A stretch of DNA of 63,027 nucleotides, the filler included, from Craspedostauros australis (lineage: Eukaryota): the NCBI GenBank assembly GCA_030167865.1. It is 10 parts of 10 records of this genome, joined end to end, with 100 filler letters (N's around TTAATTAATTAA, not from the genome) between each part and the next. Parts side by side here need not be neighbours in the genome. Positions count along the whole stretch, not along the records: positions 1 to 29,235 come from JALAGF010003540.1; positions 29,336 to 36,916 come from JALAGF010003543.1; 8 more parts are not named here. The stretch is one strand, 5' to 3'. This document shows, piece by piece, positions 23,301 through 34,311 of the stretch (position 1 is the first letter of the stretch; each line of letters opens with the position of its first letter). Under the pieces are notes generated by a model that was given only the letters and a program-made list of their open reading frames with translations, did not search any database and was not told where the DNA came from. The position numbers were made by a program, and so were the translations under genes.

Positions 23301-25509
23301 ACGTGTTCCCAAGCGGCTTTGTTGAATACGGCAGAATTCTCGGAGCTCGACCACTCGCCGCTGTCAAGCACGGCCTTGATCATGGTATACATGGAGGTGC
23401 TTGTGAAAGCAAACCTCCTCCGCATGAACCATAGATGGTCACCCTGCTCGCATTTGAGCCCCTCGACCTGGAAATCCCAAATCTGTGCCGCCCAGGCTGC
23501 AGCTGCGTTGTTGATGGCTGTTTTGTTGTGCTGGTCCGTTTTGTCGTTGCCAAGCATCCTTGCTTCCCTCACAGCAGGCGATAGGGTAGAATCGGATACG
23601 CAGTGTTGGAAGAAGTGTGGGTACAGCTCGGACTGACGATTGTTTCCATCCTTCCTGTTGACCATGTTGGTGTACATTCGTTGGTCACGAGGATTCTCTA
23701 GATTGAGGTCCCACTTGAATGAAGCAGCATTGGTGCCAACAGCCATCACGTTGTTCAGGGTGTGGCGGTAAGAATAGCAAGTGAATGGTTTGTTGCCCAT
23801 GCTATTTGTTACCGCTATCTGAAGCTTGCGCGGGCCATGCTTTCCGACGTCCATCTGTGGGTTTCCTGGTGCGGTCCAGCCGCCAAAGGTAAATGGCAGG
23901 TGAGCGTGATGCTTGTTCGCTCCTTCAAGGTCTGCGTCCTTGCTGATGAGATCGCGCGAATTTATTTCAGTGTTGTGGCCACGGTCCGCCATGAGCGTGA
24001 CATTGCGGAGGCTTCCATTGGCCTGTGCCATTTGGGAGAGGAGGGCCATGCTGTCTTCATGAGGCTCGTCACGAGATGCAGCAAGGCCAACAACAAGACC
24101 TGATGCACTCTGCACAAGGGTATTCAATCGTATTCTGACAAATAGAAGAAGTGAACAAGGACAGAGGAAGGAAGGAGAATGGAATGAGATGGTGTAAGAA
24201 AAGTGGAACAATCATTGCCAACACAAGCGCGCGAGATAGACTTACCCATCGCGGTTTGCATGATTATGTTGCATGAGAAGCAAACAACTTCTGTCAGCAT
24301 GACTCCGGCAATGGACCTTGTCATCATCGAGAGTGACAATGCGACGACCATTGCCATGATTCAGACAGATCTTTGGAAGGCATAGGTTGAATGCCTTTTC
24401 CAGCTCTGCCCAAAGGAACCGATGGCCTCCTGATGATGGAGCATCCCCGTTGTCCCTGATTTTGCTCCAGGTGGCAATGTACGATTCTTTGGATGGAAAT
24501 GCATTCAGGTTGTTGACGACATCAGAGTCGTAGAGGCGCTTGGTGGTGCACCCCAAAGACATCTGAGCCAAGAATGCATACAGAAAGCTTGCATAGCTGC
24601 TGTAGGGGATGCCCAGGCCCCCTGGTCCAAACGCATCAACGAAGATGGAAGATGAAGGTCCCAGCACGTAGCACATGAGGTCATGTGGGGTGGACAGAAC
24701 GGGGCCTATTCCTGGGGGAGGCTTTGGAAACAGTCGGAGCACACATTGACGAGTGCTCTGGACTTCCATTCAAAGCTGAGCCAAGGTCACACTATGGGCG
24801 CCACTGATGGTGACAGTGGTTCCATGAGTGGCTGGACAAAGTACATGCCACTCCATGGAACCCCTGCTGTTGTCCTTTGGTGGAGGAAGGATGACCTGAT
24901 GGGTGCAACCATGCCTTGTAGAAGGTCGAACACCAAATGCACCGACAAGCGTAGGGGGTGGTGGATCCACAACACCACCTTTGTCATCGCTGCAGACAGA
25001 GGCAACATGAACATGGTTGTTGGGATCATGACCATGGTCGCTGATACCGTCATGGAGAAGGCGTGGGGCATCGATGTTGTTGGTGGCATGAGCATCAGCG
25101 AACTCGTTGTCGATAGCCTGGATCATGTCAAGGGTGTTGTTGTTGTTCGCAGCTGCCATGGTTGAGAGTTGGTTGCAGAGAAGGCAAGAGCAGGAGCAGA
25201 TAGTCTGATGTCGAAATAAAGTTGGTGGGAATGTCCTGATTCGAAGGAGGACCGATGGAGACTGGGAAGAGGTGTTGGCAGGAGCATCAATGCGGACAGG
25301 TGCGTTGTGCAACAACAATGTTGTAGTTGTTGTCGGAAGGAGGAGAAAAGGAGACGACGCGAGAGACAGCGTGAAATCACAACAGCAACAGATCAGAACA
25401 CACAAGGGAAAAACGGGAAGTAATCGAACCAGTCGATTCGGAAATCGCACCGTCTTAAATCTCCACGTTAAGTTTATTTTTTGCACCCTGACGCAAAAAA
25501 TCTCCGTGG
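20328..25509 (-). mobile_element. piggyBac-like DNA transposon (5182 bp) with ATAT target-site duplication
   Basis: ATAT(20324-20327)-CCACGGAGAATTTT ... AAAAATCTCCGTGG-ATAT(25510-25513): a 14-bp TIR with 1 mismatch. Internal inverted repeat GTGGAGATTTAA(C/G)ACG at 20431-20446 and 25451-25466. The ends enclose a single spliced transposase gene. Confidence 0.88.
20775..25159 (-). pseudogene. piggyBac-like DDD transposase with inserted YqaJ/lambda-exonuclease domain and C-terminal Cys-rich domain (~1383 aa reconstructed). Exons 25159-24246, 24134-22294, 22171-20775; two in-frame TGA stops
   Basis: Transposase motifs IVTLDDDKVH, NRDG|IRL, LMADRGH and WNAFKGGSD. C-terminal CVVC..CMCCHLFAC..CYWMLH. 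YqaJ-like motifs EQGDHLWFMRRRFAFTST, LGHTCE, RASVDFL, VEMKT and QLLHH. ORF pieces stay in frame across TGA at 24772-24770 and 23062-23060. Introns 24245-24135 (GT-AG) and 22293-22172 (GC-AG). Confidence 0.82.
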
Positions 25510-26230
25510 ATATGAAAGACATCGTGTGTGATGGCATCGGCAACTTCTCCCATGTCTTGTCATCTTTGTTGGCCACAACGAAACCATGCAGCTGCTGGCA
25601 TACGCTTGTGTCCTGTGCGACAAGATGCACGAACTGAAGCACCAACAACAACAAGCTGACTGTCGCAGTACGCTCCACTTCATCAAGTTGGATTCGAGCC
25701 CTTCCAGCCAGGCACGACCCCCATGGGGTCCACCACCATTTCCCACACAAATCCTTCCGCACCACTGAAACCAACGAACGCTGAAACCATATGATTGGCG
25801 ACGACGATCACCATGACAACAGCGGTGGCTAAACCATCCTCTTCATGTCACATTGGCCCATGATGCTGCACAGCAACATGCCTTATGCCAACCGGGATCA
25901 TCTGCAATTCATTCACAGAAGATTATGCGTATCTCGCGGCCCAACCAAATCGTGCTGCGAACGATACGGGAGTGCACGAAGCAGCATGCTGTGCACATCA
26001 CCAAAGGCGACGATGAAGGCATGCCGGACGCACCATTGAATGAATGGATCATTAATTGCTCCAGCTCCTTTCACACGGTTTCTATCCTAGTGACTATTCT
26101 GACGACTATTTTTATCCATCAACTCAATTCCGCCATGCGTTCACTTCTCGAAGACTGCTGTGATGGTATGGCATGGTGTGGCACTTCCCTCCTCTTCCTC
26201 AGCAGTTCCGTCCGCCTCAATCCCTTTGGA

Positions 26231-29035
26231 TCAATTGGTGCTCATTGAGCGGACGAGGTCCACGAGTGTCGCCCGATCCATGTATGAATCCACTTGTGCT
26301 GCACCCTTGTTCTCATCTATGACCTTGTACAGCTCCACCATGGACATACGGCTGTACTCATCATCAATGTCATTGCTCTCCGCTTCCCCACTGCAAAACA
26401 CCTGGGTCTCTGTCATCAGTTGACGGTGTGGAATCAATTTCTTGAACTCTGGATGAGTGAGCAGATTTTGTTCATATCCAACTGCCATTCTCATTGCTGC
26501 ATCCTTCAACACCATGCCGTTGTGTTGATCAGCGAATATCAACACATCTATCATGGTGTCCTCTGTGAGATGCCTGCGGGCCAACTCTGCTTCGACAACA
26601 AGCTTGAGTCGCCAGAAGCCGAACTCGTTGGCCACAAGGATCAGCTGTTGCAGATCATCCTGTCCATTGAGGGTGGGAGTTGGTTGGTTTGCGTCACCGG
26701 TATTGGTGTTGTCTTCATGAGCGCTGTTGTCGAAGGACATCTCACCTGTGTAGATGCATTGGAGGACGTGTCGGACGTGTTTTGGTTGAAGGTTGGGAAG
26801 AGGGATGGTCGTTTGGATGGGTTCAGTTGTATCTTGAGCGCCATCGTGAGTGCATTGATGTTGGATTCCAGAGTTGATCAGTGTCTGAATGGATGGGACA
26901 GTGATCATGAGGACTGCAGAGTTTGCCTTGATTGATTGTTGTTCGTCCCCTTGTCCGCACAGAAAGGTAACGTCTGCGATGGCCTCAGCATGAACAGCGG
27001 CGCAACGATCTTGGTCGATGCTGATCTTGAGATGTTGTTTCAACTTCAGTTTCAGTTGTTCGCTCTCCTGTTGACTTTTCGAGAGCAAGCGCTGCATTGA
27101 TTCCTCCTTCCGTTCCAATTGCTGTTTCAATTGTTCGTTCTCCTGCTCCTTCTGGGTCTTCTCTTCTTCCTTCCGTCCCAACTGCTGTTTCAGTTGTTCA
27201 TTCTCTTGCTCCTTCTGCTTCTTCTCTTCCCCCTTCCGTCCCAACTGCTGTTTCAGTTGTTCATTCTCTTGCTCCTTCTGGGTCTTCTCTTCCTCCTTCC
27301 GTTCCAACTGCTGTTTCAGTTGTTCATTCTCTTGCTCCTTCTGCTTCTTCTCTTCCTCCTCTCGTCCCAACTGCTGTTTCAGTTGTTCATTCTCTTGCTC
27401 CTTCTGGGTCTTCTCTTGCCCCTCCCATTCCAACTGCTGTTTCAGCTGTTCGTTCTCCCGTCGAGTTTTCGAGACCATGCCCTGCATTGCCTCCTTCTGC
27501 TGTTTCGATTGCTGTTTCGACTGCTGTTTCATCTGCCATTTCAGTTGCTTGTTCTCCTGGTCCTTCTTGTTCTTTTCTTGTCCCTCCCGTTCCAACTGCC
27601 GTTTCAGTTGTCCGCTCTCTCGTTGACTTTTCGAGAGCATGCGCTGCATTTCTTCCTTCTGCTGTCCCAACTCCAGCTTCAGTTGTTCGTTCTCTCGCTG
27701 ACTTTTCGAGAGCATGCCCCGCATTGCTTCCTTCTGCTGTTTCAACTGCTGTTTCAGTTGCTTGTTCTCCTGCTCCTTCTTATTCTTCTCTTGCCCCTCC
27801 CGTTCTAACTGCTGTTTCAGTTGTTCGCTCTCCTGGTCCTTCTTTTTCTTCTCTTGCCCCTCCCATTCTACCTGCCGTTTCAGTTGTTCGTTCTCTCGTT
27901 GACTGTTCGAGAGCATGCCCTGCATTGCTTCCTTCTGCCGTTTCAACTGCCACTTCAGTTGCTCGTTCTCCTGCTTGTTCTCTTTCAACTGCTGTTGCTG
28001 TTGCTGGTTGCGGTGACTGCGATCAGCGATGATTGACTTCACCACATTGAGTTGATCGATTGTACGGATCACATCGAGAGGGGTTTTGTTGTCACTGTCT
28101 TGGATGTCGATATCGGCATTGGCTGATGCGATGAGGTACTCGATGCACTCCAGCTGGTCGTTCATGCATGCTTGATGAAGGGGAGTGGCACCTAACAAGT
28201 TTTGGAGGTTGACGTTGACCCCGTGTGATTGGATGAGGTACTTCACACACTCCAGCTGGCCGTTGCGGCATGCGAGATGAAGGAGAGTGTTATGAAACCT
28301 GTCTTTGCAGTTGATGTCAGCCCTGCATGATTCGATGAGGTACTTCACACACCCCAGTTGGCCAGCGAGGCATGCATGCTGAAGGGGAGTGGTGCCCTTG
28401 TTGGTTTTGCAGTTGACGTTGGCCCTGCATGATTTGATGAGGTACTTCACACATTCCAGCTGGCCAGTGATGCATGCATGATGAACGGGAGTGCCACCAA
28501 ACTTGTCTTCACAGTTGGCGTCAGCTCCGCATGATTGGATGAGGCACTTCACACACTCCAGCCGGCCATTTTGGCATGCCCGATGGAGGGGAGTGACGCC
28601 ATCGTTGTCTTTGCAGTTGATGTCTGCCTCACATGACTCGATGAGGTGCTTCACACATTCCAGCTGGCCGTTTTTGCATGCCACATGAAGGGGAGTGAGA
28701 CCGTCGTTGTTTTTGCAGTTGATGTCCGCCTCACATGATTCGATGAGGTACTTGACACATTCCAGGTGGCCGGTAGCGCATGCGTCATGAAGGGGAATGG
28801 TTCCATTGTTGTCTTTGCAGTTGGCGTCGGCCCCACATGATTCGATGAGGTACTTGACACACTCCAGGTGGCCGTGAAGGCATGCCCAATGAAGGAGAGT
28901 GATACCACTGCCGCTTTTGCAGTTGACATCAACTCCTTCATTCTGCGTCTTGTTCTGCTCCTTCCATTCCTTCAACACTGACAAGTCACCTGCCTTGGCA
29001 GCATCAACGAGTTGTTCGTTTGTAACATTCGGCAT
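26231..29035 (-). CDS. Ankyrin repeat - coiled-coil tandem repeat - BTB/POZ(-BACK-like) protein
   Basis: About 9-10 34-aa ankyrin repeats (TPLHxACxxGxLECVKYLIESCxADxNCK) and 21-aa Q/E/K coiled-coil repeats. BTB-like segment ADVTFLCG..IKANSAVL..VLQCIYTG..LILVANEFGFWRLKLVVE..DVLIFADQHNGMVLKDAAM. Intronless; an upstream ATG at 29101 is also possible. Confidence 0.88.
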   Translation of the reverse strand: MPNVTNEQLVDAAKAGDLSVLKEWKEQNKTQNEGVDVNCKSGSGITLLHWACLHGHLECVKYLIESCGADANCKDNNGTIPLHDACATGHLECVKYLIESCEADINCKNNDGLTPLHVACKNGQLECVKHLIESCEADINCKDNDGVTPLHRACQNGRLECVKCLIQSCGADANCEDKFGGTPVHHACITGQLECVKYLIKSCRANVNCKTNKGTTPLQHACLAGQLGCVKYLIESCRADINCKDRFHNTLLHLACRNGQLECVKYLIQSHGVNVNLQNLLGATPLHQACMNDQLECIEYLIASANADIDIQDSDNKTPLDVIRTIDQLNVVKSIIADRSHRNQQQQQQLKENKQENEQLKWQLKRQKEAMQGMLSNSQRENEQLKRQVEWEGQEKKKKDQESEQLKQQLEREGQEKNKKEQENKQLKQQLKQQKEAMRGMLSKSQRENEQLKLELGQQKEEMQRMLSKSQRESGQLKRQLEREGQEKNKKDQENKQLKWQMKQQSKQQSKQQKEAMQGMVSKTRRENEQLKQQLEWEGQEKTQKEQENEQLKQQLGREEEEKKQKEQENEQLKQQLERKEEEKTQKEQENEQLKQQLGRKGEEKKQKEQENEQLKQQLGRKEEEKTQKEQENEQLKQQLERKEESMQRLLSKSQQESEQLKLKLKQHLKISIDQDRCAAVHAEAIADVTFLCGQGDEQQSIKANSAVLMITVPSIQTLINSGIQHQCTHDGAQDTTEPIQTTIPLPNLQPKHVRHVLQCIYTGEMSFDNSAHEDNTNTGDANQPTPTLNGQDDLQQLILVANEFGFWRLKLVVEAELARRHLTEDTMIDVLIFADQHNGMVLKDAAMRMAVGYEQNLLTHPEFKKLIPHRQLMTETQVFCSGEAESNDIDDEYSRMSMVELYKVIDENKGAAQVDSYMDRATLVDLVRSMSTN
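27050..27990 (-). repeat. 63-bp coding tandem repeat array (ENEQLKQQL... units) encoding a coiled coil
   Basis: Near-identical 63-bp units, e.g. 27120-27440. Confidence 0.9.
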
Positions 29036-29235
29036 TTGGAGAGGATAGTCGATAGTTGCTGGACGATGGTTGTTGGGTGATTGACGTTGGATTATTGGCA
29101 TTGGATTGGCTGTCGAGCAAGTGTGTGGTATGAGCTACCGATGGCAGTGTCTGTACTGGCTTGTATCCGTACGAGTATCATGCACTGTGTGATGAATATG
29201 AGTGGCAATTCGATGTCAGTTGCTGATGTGCTCGA

Positions 29236-29335
29236 NNNNNNNNNNNNNNNNNNNNNNNNNNNNNNNNNNNNNNNNNNNNTTAATTAATTAANNNNNNNNN
29301 NNNNNNNNNNNNNNNNNNNNNNNNNNNNNNNNNNN
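29236..29335. other. Artificial 100-nt contig linker (N44-TTAATTAATTAA-N44). Also at 36917-37016, 39080-39179, 42161-42260, 45647-45746, 50226-50325, 54817-54916, 57628-57727 and 61703-61802
   Basis: An identical stop-in-all-frames spacer flanked by Ns recurs nine times. Confidence 0.98.
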
Positions 29336-31206
29336 CGACAAGAAGAACAGGGTCGATCAGGAGGTGCTGGATATTCCGTTTGGGAATACCCGACTGTACT
29401 GTGTGGCCAGTCGATCGGAGGCGTTGTCGACGAAAATGCTGGAGATCAGTGAAACCGACGAAGTCAAAGACAGCATCCAAAACAAACAATCGAAGAAGAA
29501 CAAGAACATGAAGAAGAACACGAAGAAGAACACGAGAGTTCCGTTTGTTTCGTATCCGACTGATGAAGGCATGATGCTGCCAAATGTGATGTTGGCCCTT
29601 GATCCACTTCGCAATCACCAGAAGTTGGATGACAACGCAGTTATGTTGAAATTCTCCAACAGCAAAGATGAGTGATGAGGCGGTGGTGGTACTACCAACG
29701 GACGAGATGACTATGATGCAGGATGGATTCAATCTCCACTTCATCCATATGACAATGTCGAACTATCTAGCAATATCATGTTCCAATGATGATCTTGATC
29801 TGATTGTTGATACTGTGCATGGTAGCTGCTGTGTCTTCATGATGGGTAGACTGACATCTGGTGGATGGTGTTTCTTTGCCTGTGCTGTCAGATCTTGTCT
29901 CATGCGATGGCAAGATCCGATCCTGTACGAGCTCCAACCCTGGTGTCTTCTTTCATTGCCGTTTGATCAGGGTGGGTGATGCCTCTCATGTCAGCCAACG
30001 AGCCGAATTGTGAGATATGGAACAACCCTCATCACACTTCCCCTTGCATCTTGCAAATCGGCCGATCTCCAAGGTGATAATGAAAATAAGAGGACCGCAG
30101 CTCGTGTTGCGGCTGCGCTCCATTCACTCTTCGAACCGCGGTCCTTTCTCTCTGCCTCTCCCTCCCTCTCTCTCTCTTCATACCATCTCGAATCAGCAAG
30201 CTCACAACATGAATGCTTGCTCCAGATCCATCTGTATGGTGATCTTCTGTTCCGTGGCCATTCTCGAGCGTGGGAGCTTCGCACACATCTGTGAGGAATC
30301 AAGGGTACGACTTTGTCAAGATACCCATGATTGCCGCACCTTCCAAAATTTTCAATCGTGACTGAACAAAACGAATCTTATTGATCACACCCTTGACCCA
30401 ATACAAACATGACTGATCTCAGTCTTCCCAAGAAAGTCAGTCTGTCCTCCTCTGACATGAACACCATGACAATGTGAAACAGCAAGTCCCCACCCGAACC
30501 GACAAGACACCCTCTTGGTCAGAGAGGTATGCCCGGAAGGGGCGCAGGGGCAGTGGGCAGGAATCGTATCCCACTTGGAGAAACAGAAACCAATATATGA
30601 ATTGCAACACATGCTCCAGACAGACAAGACCAATCATATGCTTGTACTGCCAATAAGAAAACCTCAGAAAGAGAAAAGCAGATGAATCGTAAAAACAGCA
30701 AATGACACTAGGGTTGTTCGTGATGGCAAGAGTCAACCAACCATGCAGGAGATGCTGTGGAATCAATGATGATACGGGAACAAAGACGAAACCTGTGACA
30801 AGATGAATGCATAACTGTGGCACGTACCACACAAATGTAGATGAAAGCAAGTGCACAAGTAAGTACAATGATATGCTATGATGAAAGATCATGAGCTATA
30901 CATCGACGGCATGTGAAGCAAAGGCATGATGACAACAAGATGGCAACCATGAATACATCAGTGTTGCATGCCACCATCATGGAATATGCATGTTGCAGAA
31001 TTGAAATCAAAAGAGATGATGAGATTGAGCTCAAAGTTGTAAAATGGTACAATCTAATAACAGTTTAGACTATTACTACTATCATAACCCCAGATTTCCA
31101 ACAACGATTGAGTAAGAGGCTCAGGCTGCAGAAGAGACAGAGAGATAGCTCAAGTAAACATAATTTTGGTTTACAACAACAGCAATCGTCTGCCAACATA
31201 AGGCAG

Positions 31207-33471
31207 AATGCTACATGATCTTTGCTGTGAAGGTGGATCTCACCAGAAAAGCATGGCTTGTTGCTGGTGGACACATGGCTGAAGCACTAGCTTCGATCAC
31301 GTACGCAAGCAGGGTCTCCTGTGAGAGTGTACGAATCGCGTTGATGCTTGCGGTATTGAATGACCTCGATATACTCATCGCCGATGTGCAGAACGCGTAT
31401 CTCAACGCGCCCTGCTGAGAACGGATATCCACACGATGCGGACCTGGATTCGGATCCGACAGCAGCAAGCTTGCGATTTGATAATCAGCAAATGCACACA
31501 GGACAGGGCACCAAACACTGCACTTACTACACCGGCAGGGAGATCAATCCATCAGGAGCAGTTGGTTGGTGTTTGGTGGTTGCTGTTGCTATGTTAGTGG
31601 TGTATTCAATTGATGATTGTTGAGATTTGTGAGCACAAGATCTCATTCATCCCAAGTTGGTGCATTCTTGCACCATTTCTACTATCTTGCCTGATTCATC
31701 ATCAGGTCTTCCTACTGTTCTACATGATGCCATTGTGGTCCATCGTGCATAATCTCTACTTTGTTGCCCAAGGTTGTTGTCTGCTCATCACAGTATCTCG
31801 TGCTACTTTTCTCTTGGGTCTTTCTTCATCTCTGTCTGATCTTGCCTAGTCTTGGACTCTCTCAGTGTCCATATATCTCAGCTTGTCGATGTCAGCAAGA
31901 AGCATGCATCATCTCTGACATCATTGGTTATCTCCTAATTGTTGTTGCCACGTGCTCACTGATGCACCTGGCGTCACTAGACATGTCAACATACCATGAC
32001 TATCACATAATCTTGATTCCTCGGATCTCAGTGACGATTCTCTGATGTCATTCTCTGATGTCAGTTCTTACGTCAGTCCCTACGTCAGTTCCGATGACAT
32101 CAGGACCCGAACACCATTCGCGTCATCAAGACCCATCCGAATACTAACAATCGAGTCGAATCACTTTCCAGTCATGTGTGATGTTAGCCGAAATGGCCAG
32201 TCTAGATTTTCTGACACGAATATATGTCGGGCCTTGCCTGACCTGAAATCCAGTGGAGCCGCTTGGAGAGCGCATCTGGCTGAAACACCTCGTGATTCGT
32301 TGGGATACACATCCTGCTGTGCTGACAGCGACGTCTGGATGAAACCGGCTGTGGCAAGCGATGGGGCAGACTATTCCGAAGACATGCTTGTGCATACAGA
32401 CGACATCCTTGCTGTCTCTAAACAACCTCAACGCATCCTCGATGCAATCGGCTCACATTTCTTCTTGAAACCGAGTTCTATCGGTTCTCCTACCACTCAT
32501 CTTGTATCCACAATCGCACCCTTTCACCTCACTGCGGATCTGATGCGTCCCAAATGGAGCATGGGATCACAAGAATGCATCAAGGCCGCCCTCGAGATTG
32601 TGGCAAAATGGCTCACAGACCAAGACAGCGGCTGAAGACTCAGGCACCTAGCGTGCTACCGGGTGCATGCAGACCTGAACTGGATGCATTGCCACTGTGT
32701 GACACTGCAAAGACAGCGGTCTATCAACAGGTGATCAGCATCTTGTGTTGGACTGTCGAACCGGGTCCCATTGACATATGCTGTGAAACCTTGATGATTT
32801 CATCCTATTGTGTTGCGCCCTGTACTGGTCACCTTTGTGCTCTCTTTCATATGTTTGCATACCTCAACTCACACGATCGCTCTCGTCTTGTCTTTGATGA
32901 TGCGTGCGTTGACAAGCCTAATGTGGCATAACTGGAGTGGGGCGAGTTCTACCCTGATGCCCACGAACAGATACCGAATGGCATGCCGCCGCCGCGTGGA
33001 AAGGAAGTGCAAATGCCATGATTTGTCGATGCTGATCATGTGGGTGACTGTGTCACCCGACATTCGCATACTGGGTTTCTACTGTACTTGAACTCATCAT
33101 CAATGCAATGGCACAGCAAGAAGCAAAACAGCATCGAAATGTCCACGTTCGGCAGTGAATTCACTGCACTCAAGGTAGCCACTGAGATGGTCATCAGCAT
33201 GCCATGCAAGCTCTGCATGATGGGTGTCCCTTTGGATGGCCCGGCGGATATGCGCGTGGACAATCAAAGTGTAGTGTACAACACCTCACTCCCGGAATCG
33301 CAGCTACGGAAGAAAGCCAACGCAATCGTATTTTGCTTTGTCAGAGAGAGCATTGCTGCAGGGGTGATGGTGGTTTCATATGAACCAGCTGATACCAATC
33401 TCGCAGCCATGTTGACGAAGTCACAATCAGTACCAAGACGAAAGGAACAAGCACAACGGGCCCTTTTCTAA
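31207..33471 (+). pseudogene. Decayed diatom-type Ty1/copia (CoDi-like) pol fragment (RT + RNase H), split by an insertion at 31479-32216
   Basis: MIFAVKVDLTRKAWLVAGGH..ADVQNAYLNAP..KLAI | ICRALPDLKSSGAAWR..LVHTDDIL..RPELD..FVDADHVGDCVTRHSHTG..STFGSEFTAL..VDNQSVV..NLAAMLTK, with several stops and a frameshift. Possible PPT GAGGGGACC at about 33635. Confidence 0.9.
31479..32216. mobile_element. Probable solo LTR (738 bp, TG...CA) inserted in the copia RT
   Basis: Starts TGATAATC and ends TTCTGACA. Flanked by CGATT and CGAAT (5-bp TSD, 1 mismatch). The RT reading frame resumes precisely after it. Confidence 0.68.
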
Positions 33472-34311
33472 CGTATGCACTGCGCGACAGTACCTGTGGA
33501 TGGTTGGCTATGGGTTCAGCTCATGGTGGATGGGATGAGCACCCTGTGGTGCCTATGCATGGGGCATGCAGCAGGTACATACCAAACGAAAACAAAACAT
33601 GACGATCCGACAGTCAGCAATGCCACAGCGGATCGAGGGGACCAAGCAGAGATACATGTGAAGCGTTTAAAACCATGTTATGGTGCAAATACGAGCGCCG
33701 CCTGTGGTCAGCCTACAACGGAAGAAGCAGTGCATGTACACAATCTGATAGCCTCCATAATCTAAACCATAATGGCTTTGCCACCTCTATTTTGGTTTCA
33801 TGCGTCTGATGACTTGCTGAAACCCGTTTTTTTTTTAAACGGGCATTGCGGGAAGATTGACGGCTCTTGTCAAAAAGTCGGACTGACGGAGCATTGCTAC
33901 AACACAGCGCACTGCGAGAGCCTCGGAAGGATGGACCAACTGACCAAAAAATCTCTCCCTGCGACTCGTTGGTTTGTGACTGAATGAGCTCATATGCATT
34001 CAATTTCGGACAACAACATCCAAGAGAACAACAAGAACACACCTATCACATCAGATACACATTTTCCCTATTTTCCAGCCATATTCTACAATCTCAGCAC
34101 AGCCATGACCAACATAGAATGTTGTGGAACAGGAACTGAAGCGGACTCGTCTAATTTAGATACCTTGGTCGTGGCACTGACTAACAATCTCTCAAATTAA
34201 TCCAAGCAGGATTGAATCACGAAACAGTCCTGTGTAGTTTCACAACTCGAGAGTCAATACGAACTGTTACATGACACAGGGGCCGAGGGAGCTGAATGTG
34301 AAAGTCCTCTG

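Noticed and set aside
23060..24772. Two in-frame TGAs in the transposase as readthrough, selenocysteine or an alternative genetic code
   Set aside because: Neighbouring genes end in TGA normally. Point mutation (e.g. CGA>TGA) in a decaying TE is simpler.
20439..25458. TTAA at 20439-20442 and 25455-25458 as the piggyBac TSD
   Set aside because: Inverted symmetry continues outside these TTAAs, and a further TIR pair lies beyond them. They belong to internal repeats, not the element ends.
25160..25774. N-terminal 205 aa of ORF 24770-25774
   Set aside because: It crosses the transposon end at 25509 and the non-coding terminal region; a chance open frame.
27097..28036. Leu-rich and Ser/Pro-rich plus-strand repeat ORFs
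   Set aside because: Antisense readings of the 63-bp coiled-coil array.
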